This document shows positions 14,033 to 26,875 of a stretch of DNA of 64,000 bases, piece by piece. The stretch's first letter is position 1, and each line of letters starts with the position of its first letter. Made by a program: the position numbers and the translations under genes. Below the pieces are notes generated by a model. It had not been told where the DNA came from and made no database searches. It saw only the letters and a program-made list of their open reading frames with translations. Origin of the DNA: Eledone cirrhosa (lineage: Eukaryota); the NCBI GenBank assembly GCA_964016885.1, contig OZ024741.1, positions 122,388,001 through 122,452,000 on the forward strand, read 5' to 3'.

Positions 14033-15030
14033 GGCGGTGGATTGGCAGTATCGGTAGAGGGTTGGACGCCATGCTTTCCAGCATAGTTACGTCCCTTTAC
14101 GATCTGAGTTCAAATCCCGCCGAGGTTGACTTTGCCTTTCATCCTTACGGGGTCGATAAAATAAAGTACCAGTAATGCACTGGATAATTGCTGGCCTTGT
14201 GCCTAAAGTAGAAACAATTATTACATATCATAAGGAGGTTGGTGGATTGGCAGTATCGGTAGAAAATCGGACACCACGCTTTACAGCATAGAGTTACGGT
14301 CCTTTACGGTCTGAGTTCAAATCCCGCCGAGGTTAACTGTACCTTTCATCCTTATAGCGTCGATAAACTAAAGTACCAGGAACTGGGGTCGATTTAATCG
14401 ACTCCCCATCCCCCAAAATTGCTGGCCTTGTGCCTATATAAGAAAACATTATTACAAATCATAAGGCCGGTAGATTGGCAGTATCGGTAGATCGTCAGAC
14501 ACCATGCTTTACAGAATAGAGTTATGCTCCTTTACGGTCTGAGTTCAAATCCCTCCGAAGTTAGCTTTGCCTTTCATCCTCACGAGCTCGATAAAATAAA
14601 CCACCAGTAATGCACTAGGGTCGATTTAATCAACTTTACCCTCCCGAAAATTGCTAGCCCTGTGCCAATAGTACAAAGAATTATTACATCTCATAGGACG
14701 GTGGATTGGCCAAGTCGTTAGAGCATGGACAACATGCTTTGGAGTATATAGTTACGTCCCTTTTGTGCTGAGTTCAAATCTCACTGTGTTTAGCTTTGTC
14801 TTTCATCCTTACGTGATCGGTTAAACAAAGAACCAGTAACGCCCTGGGGCCGATTTCATCGACTTTCCCCTCCCCCCAAATTGTTGGCCTTGTTCCTAAA
14901 TCAGAAACCATTATTGAATAAAGAAATCATTATTGCATAACAAAAGAGGGGCATGGATTGACAGAATCCTCAGAGCTTCTGACAAAATCCTTTGCGGCAT
15001 TTAGATAAGTCACGTCCCTCACAGTTCAAA
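14033..15030 (+). mobile_element. Head-to-tail array of about 5 tRNA-SINE copies
   Basis: Copies start at about 14033, 14235, 14465, 14697 and 14948, separated by ATTATTACANNTCATA-like spacers; divergence rises toward the 3' end. Confidence 0.85.
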
Positions 15031-15239
15031 TAAATTTCTTGTCAAATATTTGGTTTTATTTTGTCAAAATGATAAATCATGACTATATATCAAAAGAGAA
15101 GTGTGAGTAAAAAAAGAGAGAGGGATTATATGAGAGAAGGTGAGAAATAATGCCGCCATGATTCCTAGTTGAGCTTTTTGCTTCTATGTAAACTCGGCAG
15201 CAGCCGCAGCAGCAGTAGCAGCAGCAGCAGCAGTAGCAT

Positions 15240-15280
<41 letters not shown>

Positions 15281-17170
15281 ATAATAGTAGTATTACTAGT
15301 AGTAGTAGTATATGAGTTGTATAGGTAGGATTTTGTTATGCTTTACACAAGTGTTTCTAGCTTTCAGTTCATGAGTGCATTTGTATTGTATACTATTGTA
15401 GGTAGGCGAGATTCATAGAGTAAATGGCATCTGACTGATAAGGTGAATGTGTAAGTAGGTTTCAATATCTATTTATATGTAGCTAAATAAAATGTTCATT
15501 ACCGTATATCTAATGAAAAACACTACCTATGATTTTAAAGTGCTTTTGAAACTACTCGAGAATTTAAATTAATTTAAGAAAACAAATAACTTCTTCATTA
15601 TAAAGCTGGTGACCAATATATTTACATAACATCAAGATGGTTGATTTTCTTTTTTGAGATATGAATACAAACACTTTAAAATAAACGGATTTGTATCGCA
15701 GAAACTAGGCGGTTTTAGGTGGTTTCGCCTTAAAAGGAGTAAAATTGTTGTTCTACCTAACTCTCCTTGTCACTCCTCAGGCAAAAATGAACATGATACA
15801 GATCATTTGAGGGAAAATAACCGATCTAATCTCTCATTGAAAATGTATATGTATGCATGGTCCCCTGATAGAAACGTGGAGGCGCCGTATTAGCATACGG
15901 CGTTTCTAGGGCATTTTAAGTCTTGCAGAGTTAATCACTATCCACGCCTGAACTCAACAGATTTCTTCCAAAGAAGGATAGAAAGTAAAAGAGAGGAAGT
16001 AAGAAAGAGATATTGAGGAAGTATCGACCTCAGTACCAGATTAGTACTTTTTCTATCGGTAACGAAAGGATGAAAGGCAAAGTTGACTTCAGCGGTGTTT
16101 GAATTCGGCGAGCAGAAAGCTGAAACGACTACAACAAAGCATTTTACCCGACGTTCTACCGCCTCAATTTGTCGCCTTAACCTTCAATTTGCTCGACATT
16201 TTGCGCAAGCCTTCACTGGAATGGAATTTCGTCGGTTTCGACAGTGAGTGTTCTAGTTGTTCGATCAACGAAATAACTAGCTAGGGAAATTAATATCTAA
16301 ATGGCTGAATATTTCCTTGAAACGTGTACACTTAACGTAATTCTCAGTGGGGTTCAACATGACTGCTTTATTAATTAGTTTCCGTCTACCCAATTTGACC
16401 GGCAAGGCATAGGCTGACTTGAGGCTAAGTAAAATGACACTAGCCCTAGATGCCACAAGTAGTTCGAATTCCTAACCAATTGGCCTCGCCGTGATAACAC
16501 CATCAATACACATTGTTAAAACAAATATCTAAATCCCGTTAGGTCAACTAACATTAATCCCTCTTGTTATACGTGCTGCACAGGAAATATCAAAGAGGAG
16601 GCAGTTGCCATGTACTTACGATGTTATGAGTGCCTCCCCTTTTCGGGCTTTAGTTCATTTGCTATGGTTTGTGAGATGTAAGTCGATTATGTGCACTACA
16701 TATACGCGCATATACTGAAATATTTAGGCTGCAGCGTGGAATGAGGTCTATACTACTCAACTAGATGAATATTTCGTACTTTAAAATAGTCACTACAAAA
16801 CATCTTGTATATTAAAATTCATATTATTTTTTATGGTTCCTCCTTCTCTAAGTGGATCATGTAGCCAATGGAAAATTATTTTTTATAAATAAAATCCGGT
16901 TCGTGTACTAACTTTCAAATATCAAACAAATTTCGTTATCAAACGAATGAGCTTATTGTGGACTGCTCACAAAATGTCATGTGTATTAAGAATATAATAG
17001 ACAAAACAAACAATTGAAAAAAATCCACATGAAAAATTATTACTAATTTAGGTACAAAGCTAGCAATTTTGGGAGGGGAAGTCGATTACATCGAGCGAAG
17101 TTAACTTCGGTGGGATTTGACTATAAATAAATGTTACAAAGCATTTTGTTCGGCTCTCCATGCTTTACAG

Positions 17171-17284
17171 CAGTGGTCGCCAACATGGGTTCCGCGGAAC
17201 CTTGGGGTTCCGTAAAACAAACTCTGGGTTCCTTAAAAAAATAAATATTTACATTACCATTAATATTTTGGGTTTTCTGAAAAC
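17171..17284 (+). mobile_element. hAT/Charlie-like DNA transposon left end, interrupted by the array
   Basis: CAGTGGTCGCCAAC terminus followed by GGGTTCC subterminal repeats. Confidence 0.5.
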
Positions 17285-17351
17285 GCTCAGCCGTTAATTT
17301 TCATAAGGAAAGTATATACTTTCGAACGTTCAACTATCTGGCAGATGGGTA

Positions 17352-17396
17352 AACGGTGCTGATGATAGCTAACAAGCTTGAAACTAGTACATCGTT
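17352..17396 (+). ncRNA. Type I hammerhead ribozyme, array unit 1
   Basis: AACGGUG CUGAUGA U-AGCU-AACA-AGCU-U GAAAC UA GUA/CAUCGUU; cleavage predicted after 17389. Stem I extends via CUGGCA/UGUCAG and GUUCAAC/GUUGAAC (17328-17414). Confidence 0.9.
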
Positions 17397-17823
17397 CCTG
17401 TGTCAGTGTTGAACAAAAAGGTGACGTGGTTGCCTTAACACCGTATGGCATAAATTCAGGCTGTTCAGTTTGTTTACAAACGAACAAAGCGACGTTATAA
17501 TAAGCGCCGCTAAACTGATACGTGCATATATGTATGTGTACCTGTATGCATATGTATGTATATATGTATATATATATATATATGTGCATGCTACTGTACG
17601 TCTGTATACATATATGTATGTACGTATACATGCATACTTACATTTAAGTAAGTGCCATACTAAGAGTGAGAAATGAAATTTCGTTTTCATTTTGTTTCAA
17701 TTTATCGTTTTCGGTATGCCTGACCGATTTAACTCACTCAATATGCAAATTAGGCTGCTCAGCCGTTAATTTTCATAAGGAAAGTATATACTTTCGAACG
17801 TTCAACTATCTGGCAGATGGGTA

Positions 17824-17868
17824 AACGGTGCTGATGATAGCTAACAAGCTTGAAACTAGTACATCGTT
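17824..17868 (+). ncRNA. Type I hammerhead ribozyme, array unit 2
   Basis: Identical to the unit 1 motif. Confidence 0.9.
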
Positions 17869-18297
17869 CCTGTGTCAGTGTTGAACAAAAAGGTGACGTG
17901 GTTGCCTTAACACCGTATGGCATAAATTCAGGCTGTTCAGTTTGTTTACAAACGAACAAAGCGACGTTATAATAAGCGCCGCTAAACTGATACGTGCATA
18001 TATGTATGTGTACCTGTATGCATATGTATGTATATATGTATATATATATATATATATGTGCATGCTACTGTACGTCTGTATACATATATGTATGTACGTA
18101 TACATGCATACTTACATTTAAGTAAGTGCCATACTAAGAGTGAGAAATGAAATTTCGTTTTCATTTTGTTTCAATTTATCGTTTTCGGTATGCCTGACCG
18201 ATTTAACTCACTCAATATGCAAATTAGGCTGCTCAGCCGTTAATTTTCATAAGGAAAGTATATACTTTCGAACGTTCAACTATCTGGCAGATGGGTA

Positions 18298-18342
18298 AAC
18301 GGTGCTGATGATAGCTAACAAGCTTGAAACTAGTACATCGTT
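18298..18342 (+). ncRNA. Type I hammerhead ribozyme, array unit 3
   Basis: Identical to the unit 1 motif. Confidence 0.9.
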
Positions 18343-18769
18343 CCTGTGTCAGTGTTGAACAAAAAGGTGACGTGGTTGCCTTAACACCGTATGGCATAAA
18401 TTCAGGCTGTTCAGTTTGTTTACAAACGAACAAAGCGACGTTATAATAAGCGCCGCTAAACTGATACGTGCATATATGTATGTGTACCTGTATGCATATG
18501 TATGTATATATGTATATATATATATATATGTGCATGCTACTGTACGTCTGTATACATATATGTATGTACGTATACATGCATACTTACATTTAAGTAAGTG
18601 CCATACTAAGAGTGAGAAATGAAATTTCGTTTTCATTTTGTTTCAATTTATCGTTTTCGGTATGCCTGACCGATTTAACTCACTCAATATGCAAATTAGG
18701 CTGCTCAGCCGTTAATTTTCATAAGGAAAGTATATACTTTCGAACGTTCAACTATCTGGCAGATGGGTA

Positions 18770-18814
18770 AACGGTGCTGATGATAGCTAACAAGCTTGAA
18801 ACTAGTACATCGTT
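18770..18814 (+). ncRNA. Type I hammerhead ribozyme, array unit 4
   Basis: Identical to the unit 1 motif. Confidence 0.9.
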
Positions 18815-19241
18815 CCTGTGTCAGTGTTGAACAAAAAGGTGACGTGGTTGCCTTAACACCGTATGGCATAAATTCAGGCTGTTCAGTTTGTTTACAAACG
18901 AACAAAGCGACGTTATAATAAGCGCCGCTAAACTGATACGTGCATATATGTATGTGTACCTGTATGCATATGTATGTATATATGTATATATATATATATA
19001 TGTGCATGCTACTGTACGTCTGTATACATATATGTATGTACGTATACATGCATACTTACATTTAAGTAAGTGCCATACTAAGAGTGAGAAATGAAATTTC
19101 GTTTTCATTTTGTTTCAATTTATCGTTTTCGGTATGCCTGACCGATTTAACTCACTCAATATGCAAATTAGGCTGCTCAGCCGTTAATTTTCATAAGGAA
19201 AGTATATACTTTCGAACGTTCAACTATCTGGCAGATGGGTA

Positions 19242-19286
19242 AACGGTGCTGATGATAGCTAACAAGCTTGAAACTAGTACATCGTT
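19242..19286 (+). ncRNA. Type I hammerhead ribozyme, array unit 5
   Basis: Identical to the unit 1 motif. Confidence 0.9.
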
Positions 19287-19716
19287 CCTGTGTCAGTGTT
19301 GAACAAAAAGGTGACGTGGTTGCCTTAACACCGTATGGCATAAATTCAGGCTGTTCAGTTTGTTTACAAACGAACAAAGCGACGTTATAATAAGCGCCGC
19401 TAAACTGATACGTGCATATATGTATGTGTACCTGTATGCATATGTATGTATATATGTATATATATATATATATATATGTGCATGCTACTGTACGTCTGTA
19501 TACATATATGTATGTACGTATACATGCATACTTACATTTAAGTAAGTGCCATACTAAGAGTGAGAAATGAAATTTCGTTTTCATTTTGTTTCAATTTATC
19601 GTTTTCGGTATGCCTGACCGATTTAACTCACTCAATATGCAAATAGGCTGCTCAGCCGTTAATTTTCATAAGGAAAGTATATACTTTCGAACGTTCAACT
19701 ATCTGGCAGATGGGTA

Positions 19717-19761
19717 AACGGTGCTGATGATAGCTAACAAGCTTGAAACTAGTACATCGTT
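19717..19761 (+). ncRNA. Type I hammerhead ribozyme, array unit 6
   Basis: Identical to the unit 1 motif. Confidence 0.9.
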
Positions 19762-20190
19762 CCTGTGTCAGTGTTGAACAAAAAGGTGACGTGGTTGCCT
19801 TAACACCGTATGGCATAAATTCAGGCTGTTCAGTTTGTTTACAAACGAACAAAGCGACGTTATAATAAGCGCCGCTAAACTGATACGTGCATATATGTAT
19901 GTGTACCTGTATGCATATGTATGTATATATGTATATATATATATATATATGTGCATGCTACTGTACGTCTGTATACATATATGTATGTACGTATACATGC
20001 ATACTTACATTTAAGTAAGTGCCATACTAAGAGTGAGAAATGAAATTTCGTTTTCATTTTGTTTCAATTTATCGTTTTCGGTATGCCTGACCGATTTAAC
20101 TCACTCAATATGCAAATTAGGCTGCTCAGCCGTTAATTTTCATAAGGAAAGTATATACTTTCGAACGTTCAACTATCTGGCAGATGGGTA

Positions 20191-20235
20191 AACGGTGCTG
20201 ATGATAGCTAACAAGCTTGAAACTAGTACATCGTT
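20191..20235 (+). ncRNA. Type I hammerhead ribozyme, array unit 7
   Basis: Identical to the unit 1 motif. Confidence 0.9.
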
Positions 20236-20664
20236 CCTGTGTCAGTGTTGAACAAAAAGGTGACGTGGTTGCCTTAACACCGTATGGCATAAATTCAGGC
20301 TGTTCAGTTTGTTTACAAACGAACAAAGCGACGTTATAATAAGCGCCGCTAAACTGATACGTGCATATATGTATGTGTACCTGTATGCATATGTATGTAT
20401 ATATGTATATATATATATATATATGTGCATGCTACTGTACGTCTGTATACATATATGTATGTACGTATACATGCATACTTACATTTAAGTAAGTGCCATA
20501 CTAAGAGTGAGAAATGAAATTTCGTTTTCATTTTGTTTCAATTTATCGTTTTCGGTATGCCTGACCGATTTAACTCACTCAATATGCAAATTAGGCTGCT
20601 CAGCCGTTAATTTTCATAAGGAAAGTATATACTTTCGAACGTTCAACTATCTGGCAGATGGGTA

Positions 20665-20709
20665 AACGGTGCTGATGATAGCTAACAAGCTTGAAACTAG
20701 TACATCGTT
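20665..20709 (+). ncRNA. Type I hammerhead ribozyme, array unit 8
   Basis: Identical to the unit 1 motif. Confidence 0.9.
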
Positions 20710-21011
20710 CCTGTGTCAGTGTTGAACAAAAAGGTGACGTGGTTGCCTTAACACCGTATGGCATAAATTCAGGCTGTTCAGTTTGTTTACAAACGAACAA
20801 AGCGACGTTATAATAAGCGCCGCTAAACTGATACGTGCATATATGTATGTGTACCTGTATGCATATGTATGTATATATGTATATATATATATATATGTGC
20901 ATGCTACTGTACGTCTGTATACATATATGTATGTACGTATACATGCATACTTACATTTAAGTAAGTGCCATACTAAGAGTGAGAAATGAAATTTCGTTTT
21001 CATTTTGTTTC

Positions 21012-21067
<56 letters not shown>

Positions 21068-21312
21068 TATTCCCACTGCATTTTAAGTTACCTTAAAAAG
21101 CAACTACATTTTTATTCTCCATATATTGCATCATGTTTTCGATGTGACCATTCTTCTCTCCCCTTCTACCTACCTATTTCGCTACTTTCTACTCTCACCC
21201 CTCTTTATTCCACTCCCTTTCTCCCTATCTAACCCTACCCCTCTTTCTTCGTCTCCCTTTCTCCCTCTTACTTTCACCCCCTCGCCTGACCGTTTAGCAG
21301 TTCTCTTCTCAC

Positions 21313-22154
21313 TTATTTTATCGACCCCGTAAGGATGAAAGGCAAAGTTGACCTCGGCGGGATTTGAACTCAGAAATGAAAAGGGCCGTAACTCTATGCG
21401 TCAAAGCATGACGTCCGACACTCTACCGATTGCTAGTGAAAAAGGCTGATGTGCGAAACTGGACTAATTACAATTATTAAATGTAGAATGCAGTGAATGG
21501 CTGAATCTGATCCATAGCAGTACAGTGAAAATTGTGGACATGTTTCAGCAGTATTAGACCTCGTTAGTGAAGCAATATCTACTCTTTATAATAAATGACT
21601 AGATATATATTAAATATCTGTATAAACAAAAACTTACAATGCATACTACTTTAAAAATAACCCACTGAAATTATTACTGATGGGCCTAAACAACACCACC
21701 ATATAGTCGTGGGCTGAAACATGAGTATAAGGTAACATGTATACAGCGAGATGTTCTATAATTCTTAAGGAGTTTTCTTACACAACAAATAAGAATGTTC
21801 CTTATGAAAACTACCAGTTAATGTCACAAAAAACGAACTGATTGACATCCTACTTTCGCTATATAATATGTAGGAGGTCACTAAGATATAAAAAAAAAAA
21901 CTATGACTGGAATTTTTAGGATTGACCTGTATTCTCTATGAATTTTGAGAGCAGTGTAATGCGATACTGTTAGCATGCGCAATGAGATATTGTAGTGTTT
22001 GTAAATCAATGCGGTTGAATGGGCCTAAGCTGGCGTGTTACGTTTGAACGATATGTTCGAGTGTTCAGCGTCTATACATGATTAAATAATACACACAAAA
22101 ATATGTAGCAACGTTATAATTAGAAGACTACAGGCAAGAATAAATATATATATG

Positions 22155-22194
<40 letters not shown>

Positions 22195-22477
22195 ACTTTA
22201 AAAAGACACACGTCTGATCGCCGCAGTTGTAAGTGAGAAGAGAACTGCTAAACGGTCAGGCGAGGGGGTGAAAGTAAGAGGGAGAAAGGGAGACGAAGAA
22301 AGAGGGGTAGGGTTAGATAGGGAGAAAGGGAGTGGAATAAAGAGGGGTGAGAGTAGAAAGTAGCGAAATAGGTAGGTAGAAGGGGAGAGAAGAATGGTCA
22401 CATCGAAAACATGATGAAATATATGGAGAATAAAAATGTAGTTGCTTTTTAAGGTAACTTAAAATGCAGTGGGAATA

Positions 22478-22545
<68 letters not shown>

Positions 22546-22828
22546 TATTCCCACTGCATTTTAAGTTACCTTAAAAAGCAACTACATTTTTATTCTCCAT
22601 ATATTTCATCATGTTTTCGATGTGACCATTCTTCTCTCCCCTTCTACCTACCTATTTCGCTACTTTCTACTCTCACCCCTCTTTATTCCACTCCCTTTCT
22701 CCCTATCTAACCCTACCCCTCTTTCTTCGTCTCCCTTTCTCCCTCTTACTTTCACCCCCTCGCCTGACCGTTTAGCAGTTCTCTTCTCACTTACAACTGC
22801 GGCGATCAGACGTGTGTCTTTTTAAAGT

Positions 22829-22862
<34 letters not shown>

Positions 22863-23704
22863 CATATATATATTTATTCTTGCCTGTAGTCTTCTAATTA
22901 TAACGTTGCTACATATTTTTGTGTGTATTATTTAATCATGTATAGACGCTGAACACTCGAACATATTGTTCAAACGTAACACGCCAACTTAGGCCCATTC
23001 AACCGCATTGATTTACAAACACTACAATATCTCATTGCGCATGCTAACAGTATCGCATTACACTGCTCTCAATATTCATAGAGAATACAGGTCAATCCTA
23101 AAAATTCCAGTCATAGTTTTTTTTTTTATATCTTAGTGACCTCCTACATATTATATAGCGAAAGTAGGATGTCAATCAGTTCGTTTTTTGTGACATTAAC
23201 TGGTAGTTTTCATAAGGAACATTCTTATTTGTTGTGTAAGAAAACTCCTTAAGAATTATAGAACATCTCGCTGTATACATGTTACCTTATACTCATGTTT
23301 CAGCCCACGACTATATGGTGGTGTTGTTTAGGCCCATCAGTAATAATTTCAGTGGGTTATTTTTAAAGTAGTATGCATTGTAAGTTTTTGTTTATACAGA
23401 TATTTAATATATATCTAGTCATTTATTATAAAGAGTAGATATTGCTTCACTAACGAGGTCTAATACTGCTGAAACATGTCCACAATTTTCACTGTACTGC
23501 TATGGATCAGATTCAGCCATTCACTGCATTCTACATTTAATAATTGTAATTAGTCCAGTTTCGCACATCTGCCTTTTTCACTAGCAATCGGTAGAGTGTC
23601 GGACGTCATGCTTTGACGCATAGAGTTACGGCCCTTTTCATTTCTGAGTTCAAATCCCGCCGAGGTCAACTTTGCCTTTCATCATTACGGGGTCGATAAA
23701 ATAA
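21313..23704. repeat. ~2.4-kb near-perfect palindrome centred on (TA)n at ~22481-22542
   Basis: 21313-22480 is the reverse complement of 22543-23704, with about 5 substitutions seen. 21061-21315 is an extra direct copy of 22541-22794. Confidence 0.95.
21671..21735 (+). ncRNA. Decayed hammerhead (mirror copy at 23282-23346, minus strand)
   Basis: UUA CUGAUGG GCCUA...UGGGC U GAAAC AUGA GUA/UAA; A9 is altered or lost. Confidence 0.5.
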
Positions 23705-24325
23705 AGTGCCAGTAATGTACTGGGTAATTGCTGGCCTTGTGCCAAAAGTAGAAACAATTATTCGTTTAGATAAGTAGTTTATCTCTATAAATGTGATTTT
23801 AATGTGATTTTAATGTGATCCCTATAAATGTGATTTTAATGTGATTTTAATAAATGACACTATTTGTTTTATTATATACCAGATATACTAGCACCCTATT
23901 TGTATGTACACATGTTGATGTCTTTACCACACGCAAAAATAGATTTCTTGACTAATACAAAAATCGTCAAATACTGCCGAGATATAGCTTATCTTTGTAT
24001 CATTTATCAACATTAGAATTACCAATTTGAACATACAATTGTATATATTAATAATTTCATTAATTTCACACTACGGTTATCATTCTGTCATACGCTGATT
24101 CACCCTAAATATTTACTCATTCAATCCTCCTTATAGAATTAAGGTTAGGAGTTAGTAGAATTTATTAGTAATAGGAGAGACTAGGACCAGATTTAGAACT
24201 GGGGAGGGGGTAGTACAAGTTTTGTAGGCTTTTCATATAACATTGCACACATATGTATAATATATATCTATATATCCATATATATGTATATATCTATATA
24301 TATGTATATGTGTATGTATATATAT

Positions 24326-24605
24326 GGTGTCAGGTCACCAGTTGGTGCTACTGGTAACATGTATCCCAGTACAACCTGTCTCATGGTCGGGTCGTTGGCG
24401 ACTAAACTGACAACCCCACCAAGGTTTCTTGGTGAGGAGGGTGACTTTGGACATCCTGCAGGACTAAAAACAAAACCTGTCAAAGGGCAAAGGAGCTCTT
24501 AAGAGTCAATGGCCATCCAAAATCACCGGGAGAGATGACCCATTAGCCTTTGTCAAGGCAGAATTCTAGGAGAAGGAAAACTCTGATATAACACCTGCAA
24601 CCCTG
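24326..24605 (+). mobile_element. RTE-type LINE 5' leader fragment with a candidate HDV-like ribozyme
   Basis: Contains the GGAGAAGGAAAACTCTGAT motif typical of RTE leaders; structured 5' end at 24328-24412. Confidence 0.5.
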
Positions 24606-25022
24606 ATGGTATCCAATGATGTTGACTTGTTCTTCTTTTTGGTAAATATCATCTTGGTTAAGAGAGTGGGACTGGCTTTGTGCAGTGCCTTTGCTCACTA
24701 TAAAAGCTTCACGGCACAGGCATTGTTTTATATCTGGAGATCTTTCTGCATTTGTCGTTACATGGTACCATGGGCCCAGCACTATGTGTCAATAATTGTC
24801 ACAGGTGTAGTGTTTGTACCAGAGTTTTCAAGTCGCTGGCTGGACTAAAAAGTCACACTTGTTCAGCGTATCGGTAGGGGTTCTCCTACACGGATATAAA
24901 GTATTGACCGTACTCGAAAACGAGTTGGCAGCCACCATATATATATTTATGTATGTATGTGTATATATATGTGTGTATATATATGTGTGTATATATATAT
25001 ATATATGTGTGTTGTATATATA

Positions 25023-25089
<67 letters not shown>

Positions 25090-25119
25090 TCACATAAGCA
25101 AGAAGAATGAAAGAACGAG

Positions 25120-25153
<34 letters not shown>

Positions 25154-25470
25154 ACATAGTAAGGGCCCAGGGCGTTCGCCACTACAGCCTATGTTAAATT
25201 CGGCACTAACAGCGATTACATTACATTGTGAATTGGCCATATCGGTAGAGGGTCGGACGCCATGCTTTGACGCATAGAGTTACAGCCGCTGCCATTCTGA
25301 GCTCAAATCCCGCCAAAATTAACTTTGCCTTTCATCCTTACGGGGGTCAATAAAATAAAGTACCAGTAATACACTGGGTTAATTGCTGGCCTTGTGCCAA
25401 AAGTAGAAACAATTATTAAATGATTCGGTGGATTGGCAGTATCGGTAGAGTGTCGGTCACCATGCTTTGA

Positions 25471-25510
<40 letters not shown>

Positions 25511-25700
25511 TATAAACACAAACATATATATATACACACATATATATATACACAGATATATATACACACACACATATATATATATACACATACATACATA
25601 TATATATGTATATATATATATATATTCGAAAGTCATTCATGTTATTTTGGCAATTTGCGGAAGATCAGTGAAATAACATCAGTGACTTTCGTAAACCATG

Positions 25701-25766
<66 letters not shown>

Positions 25767-26771
25767 GCTGATATATATATATATATATCTTTTACTCTGT
25801 CGCTGATATCTTTTTGTAAAACTATTTAACAATTAAGAAACTATATTACTCTTCCTTCATTCCTCTATAGCTACATACAGACTCTGTTTCAAAGATTTCA
25901 CCTTCTGCTCATATTTATGACTTTTTAGGATATGTGAATGAATAAATATTTGAAAAGGCTAGTGAAGTAATCATGCAAGGAAGTAGTGAGTCTGTGCAAC
26001 TGAAGCGTTAATAAATATTTGAAAATATCATTGAAATACAGGAAATAATTTCTTTCGTTTCATTGAATATATTTAGCCAAATATCAACGTTGTGGGGGAA
26101 AGCGATTTTTCAGTAATCTCAAGATTATGTAGGCAACAGAATGTTTTACACTGACGTGTTCGGCTATTTTCTATTCAAGTTGTAAATTATCTTATTTTAT
26201 CTTATTTTAACTTATTCTATCTTATCATATCCTTTTCACTTCTAATATAACTTGCAACTAATTAATCAAATAATTAATTAATTATATAATTATTTTTTTT
26301 AAATAACCAATACACACATAAATATATTTAACATTATCATGTTTATACCTTCGTATCTCTCTATATTTTAACCACTCTTAATAATAACTTTCAATAATCT
26401 TAATGTGTTTAAATTTCTTCACACATTTTTACTTATTTATTTTCATATTTTATATTATTTTGTATCGTTTTCGATGTAACTTGTTTATTTATTTATTGTT
26501 GTTATCATTATTTTCCCTCTATTTTTCTTTCTCTCTACCTTTATTTCTCCTTTATCCTTTTCTCTCCTCCTTTCTCTGTTTTTTCTCTATGTATTTTTCT
26601 CTATATATATCTTTCTCTGTTTTCCTTCCTCCTTTTTCTTTGTCTTTTTCCTTTTTCCTTTTTCTTTCTTTCTTTTATCTATCTCTCTTTTTTTTCTCTC
26701 ACTATCTTTATTATTAATATTATTAATGATGCTGTAATTTGAATTTGTAAATGTAACGAGTATTCTAGTTA

Positions 26772-26875
26772 TCTCCGATGATCTGATCAAGCTAACATCG
26801 TATTTAAAATTGAGTGGCACTGCATCTGGTGTTCACCAATTTTTAGACAACTTAATCATTGAAACAAATGTCAGA
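26772..26875 (+). ncRNA. Type I hammerhead, CCGAUGA core, long stem II
   Basis: UCU CCGAUGA UCUGAUCAAG...CUUAAUCAUU GAAAC AAAU GUC/AGA, then AAUAAA; homologous to 59942-60056. Confidence 0.6.

Larger units (their letters stand above)
17285..21015 (+). repeat. Tandem array of a ~472-475 bp hammerhead-containing monomer (retrozyme-like), about 7.9 copies
   Basis: Units start at 17285, 17757, 18231, 18703, 19175, 19650, 20124 and 20598. They differ almost only in internal (TA)n length. Each has one HHR; the array ends in (TA)n. Confidence 0.95.

Noticed and set aside
14033-14125. tRNA gene call for SINE heads
   Set aside because: A/B-box-like motifs are present, but there is no complete cloverleaf and the heads are fused to a SINE body with TSDs.
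17287-20944. Repeated minus-strand ORFs (…KQTEQPEFMPYG…) in the array
   Set aside because: They are antisense to the HHR, their frame shifts with (TA)n length, and they show no recognisable domain.
17285-21015. CRISPR-like reading of the array
   Set aside because: Units are identical throughout with no unique spacers, and the context is eukaryotic.
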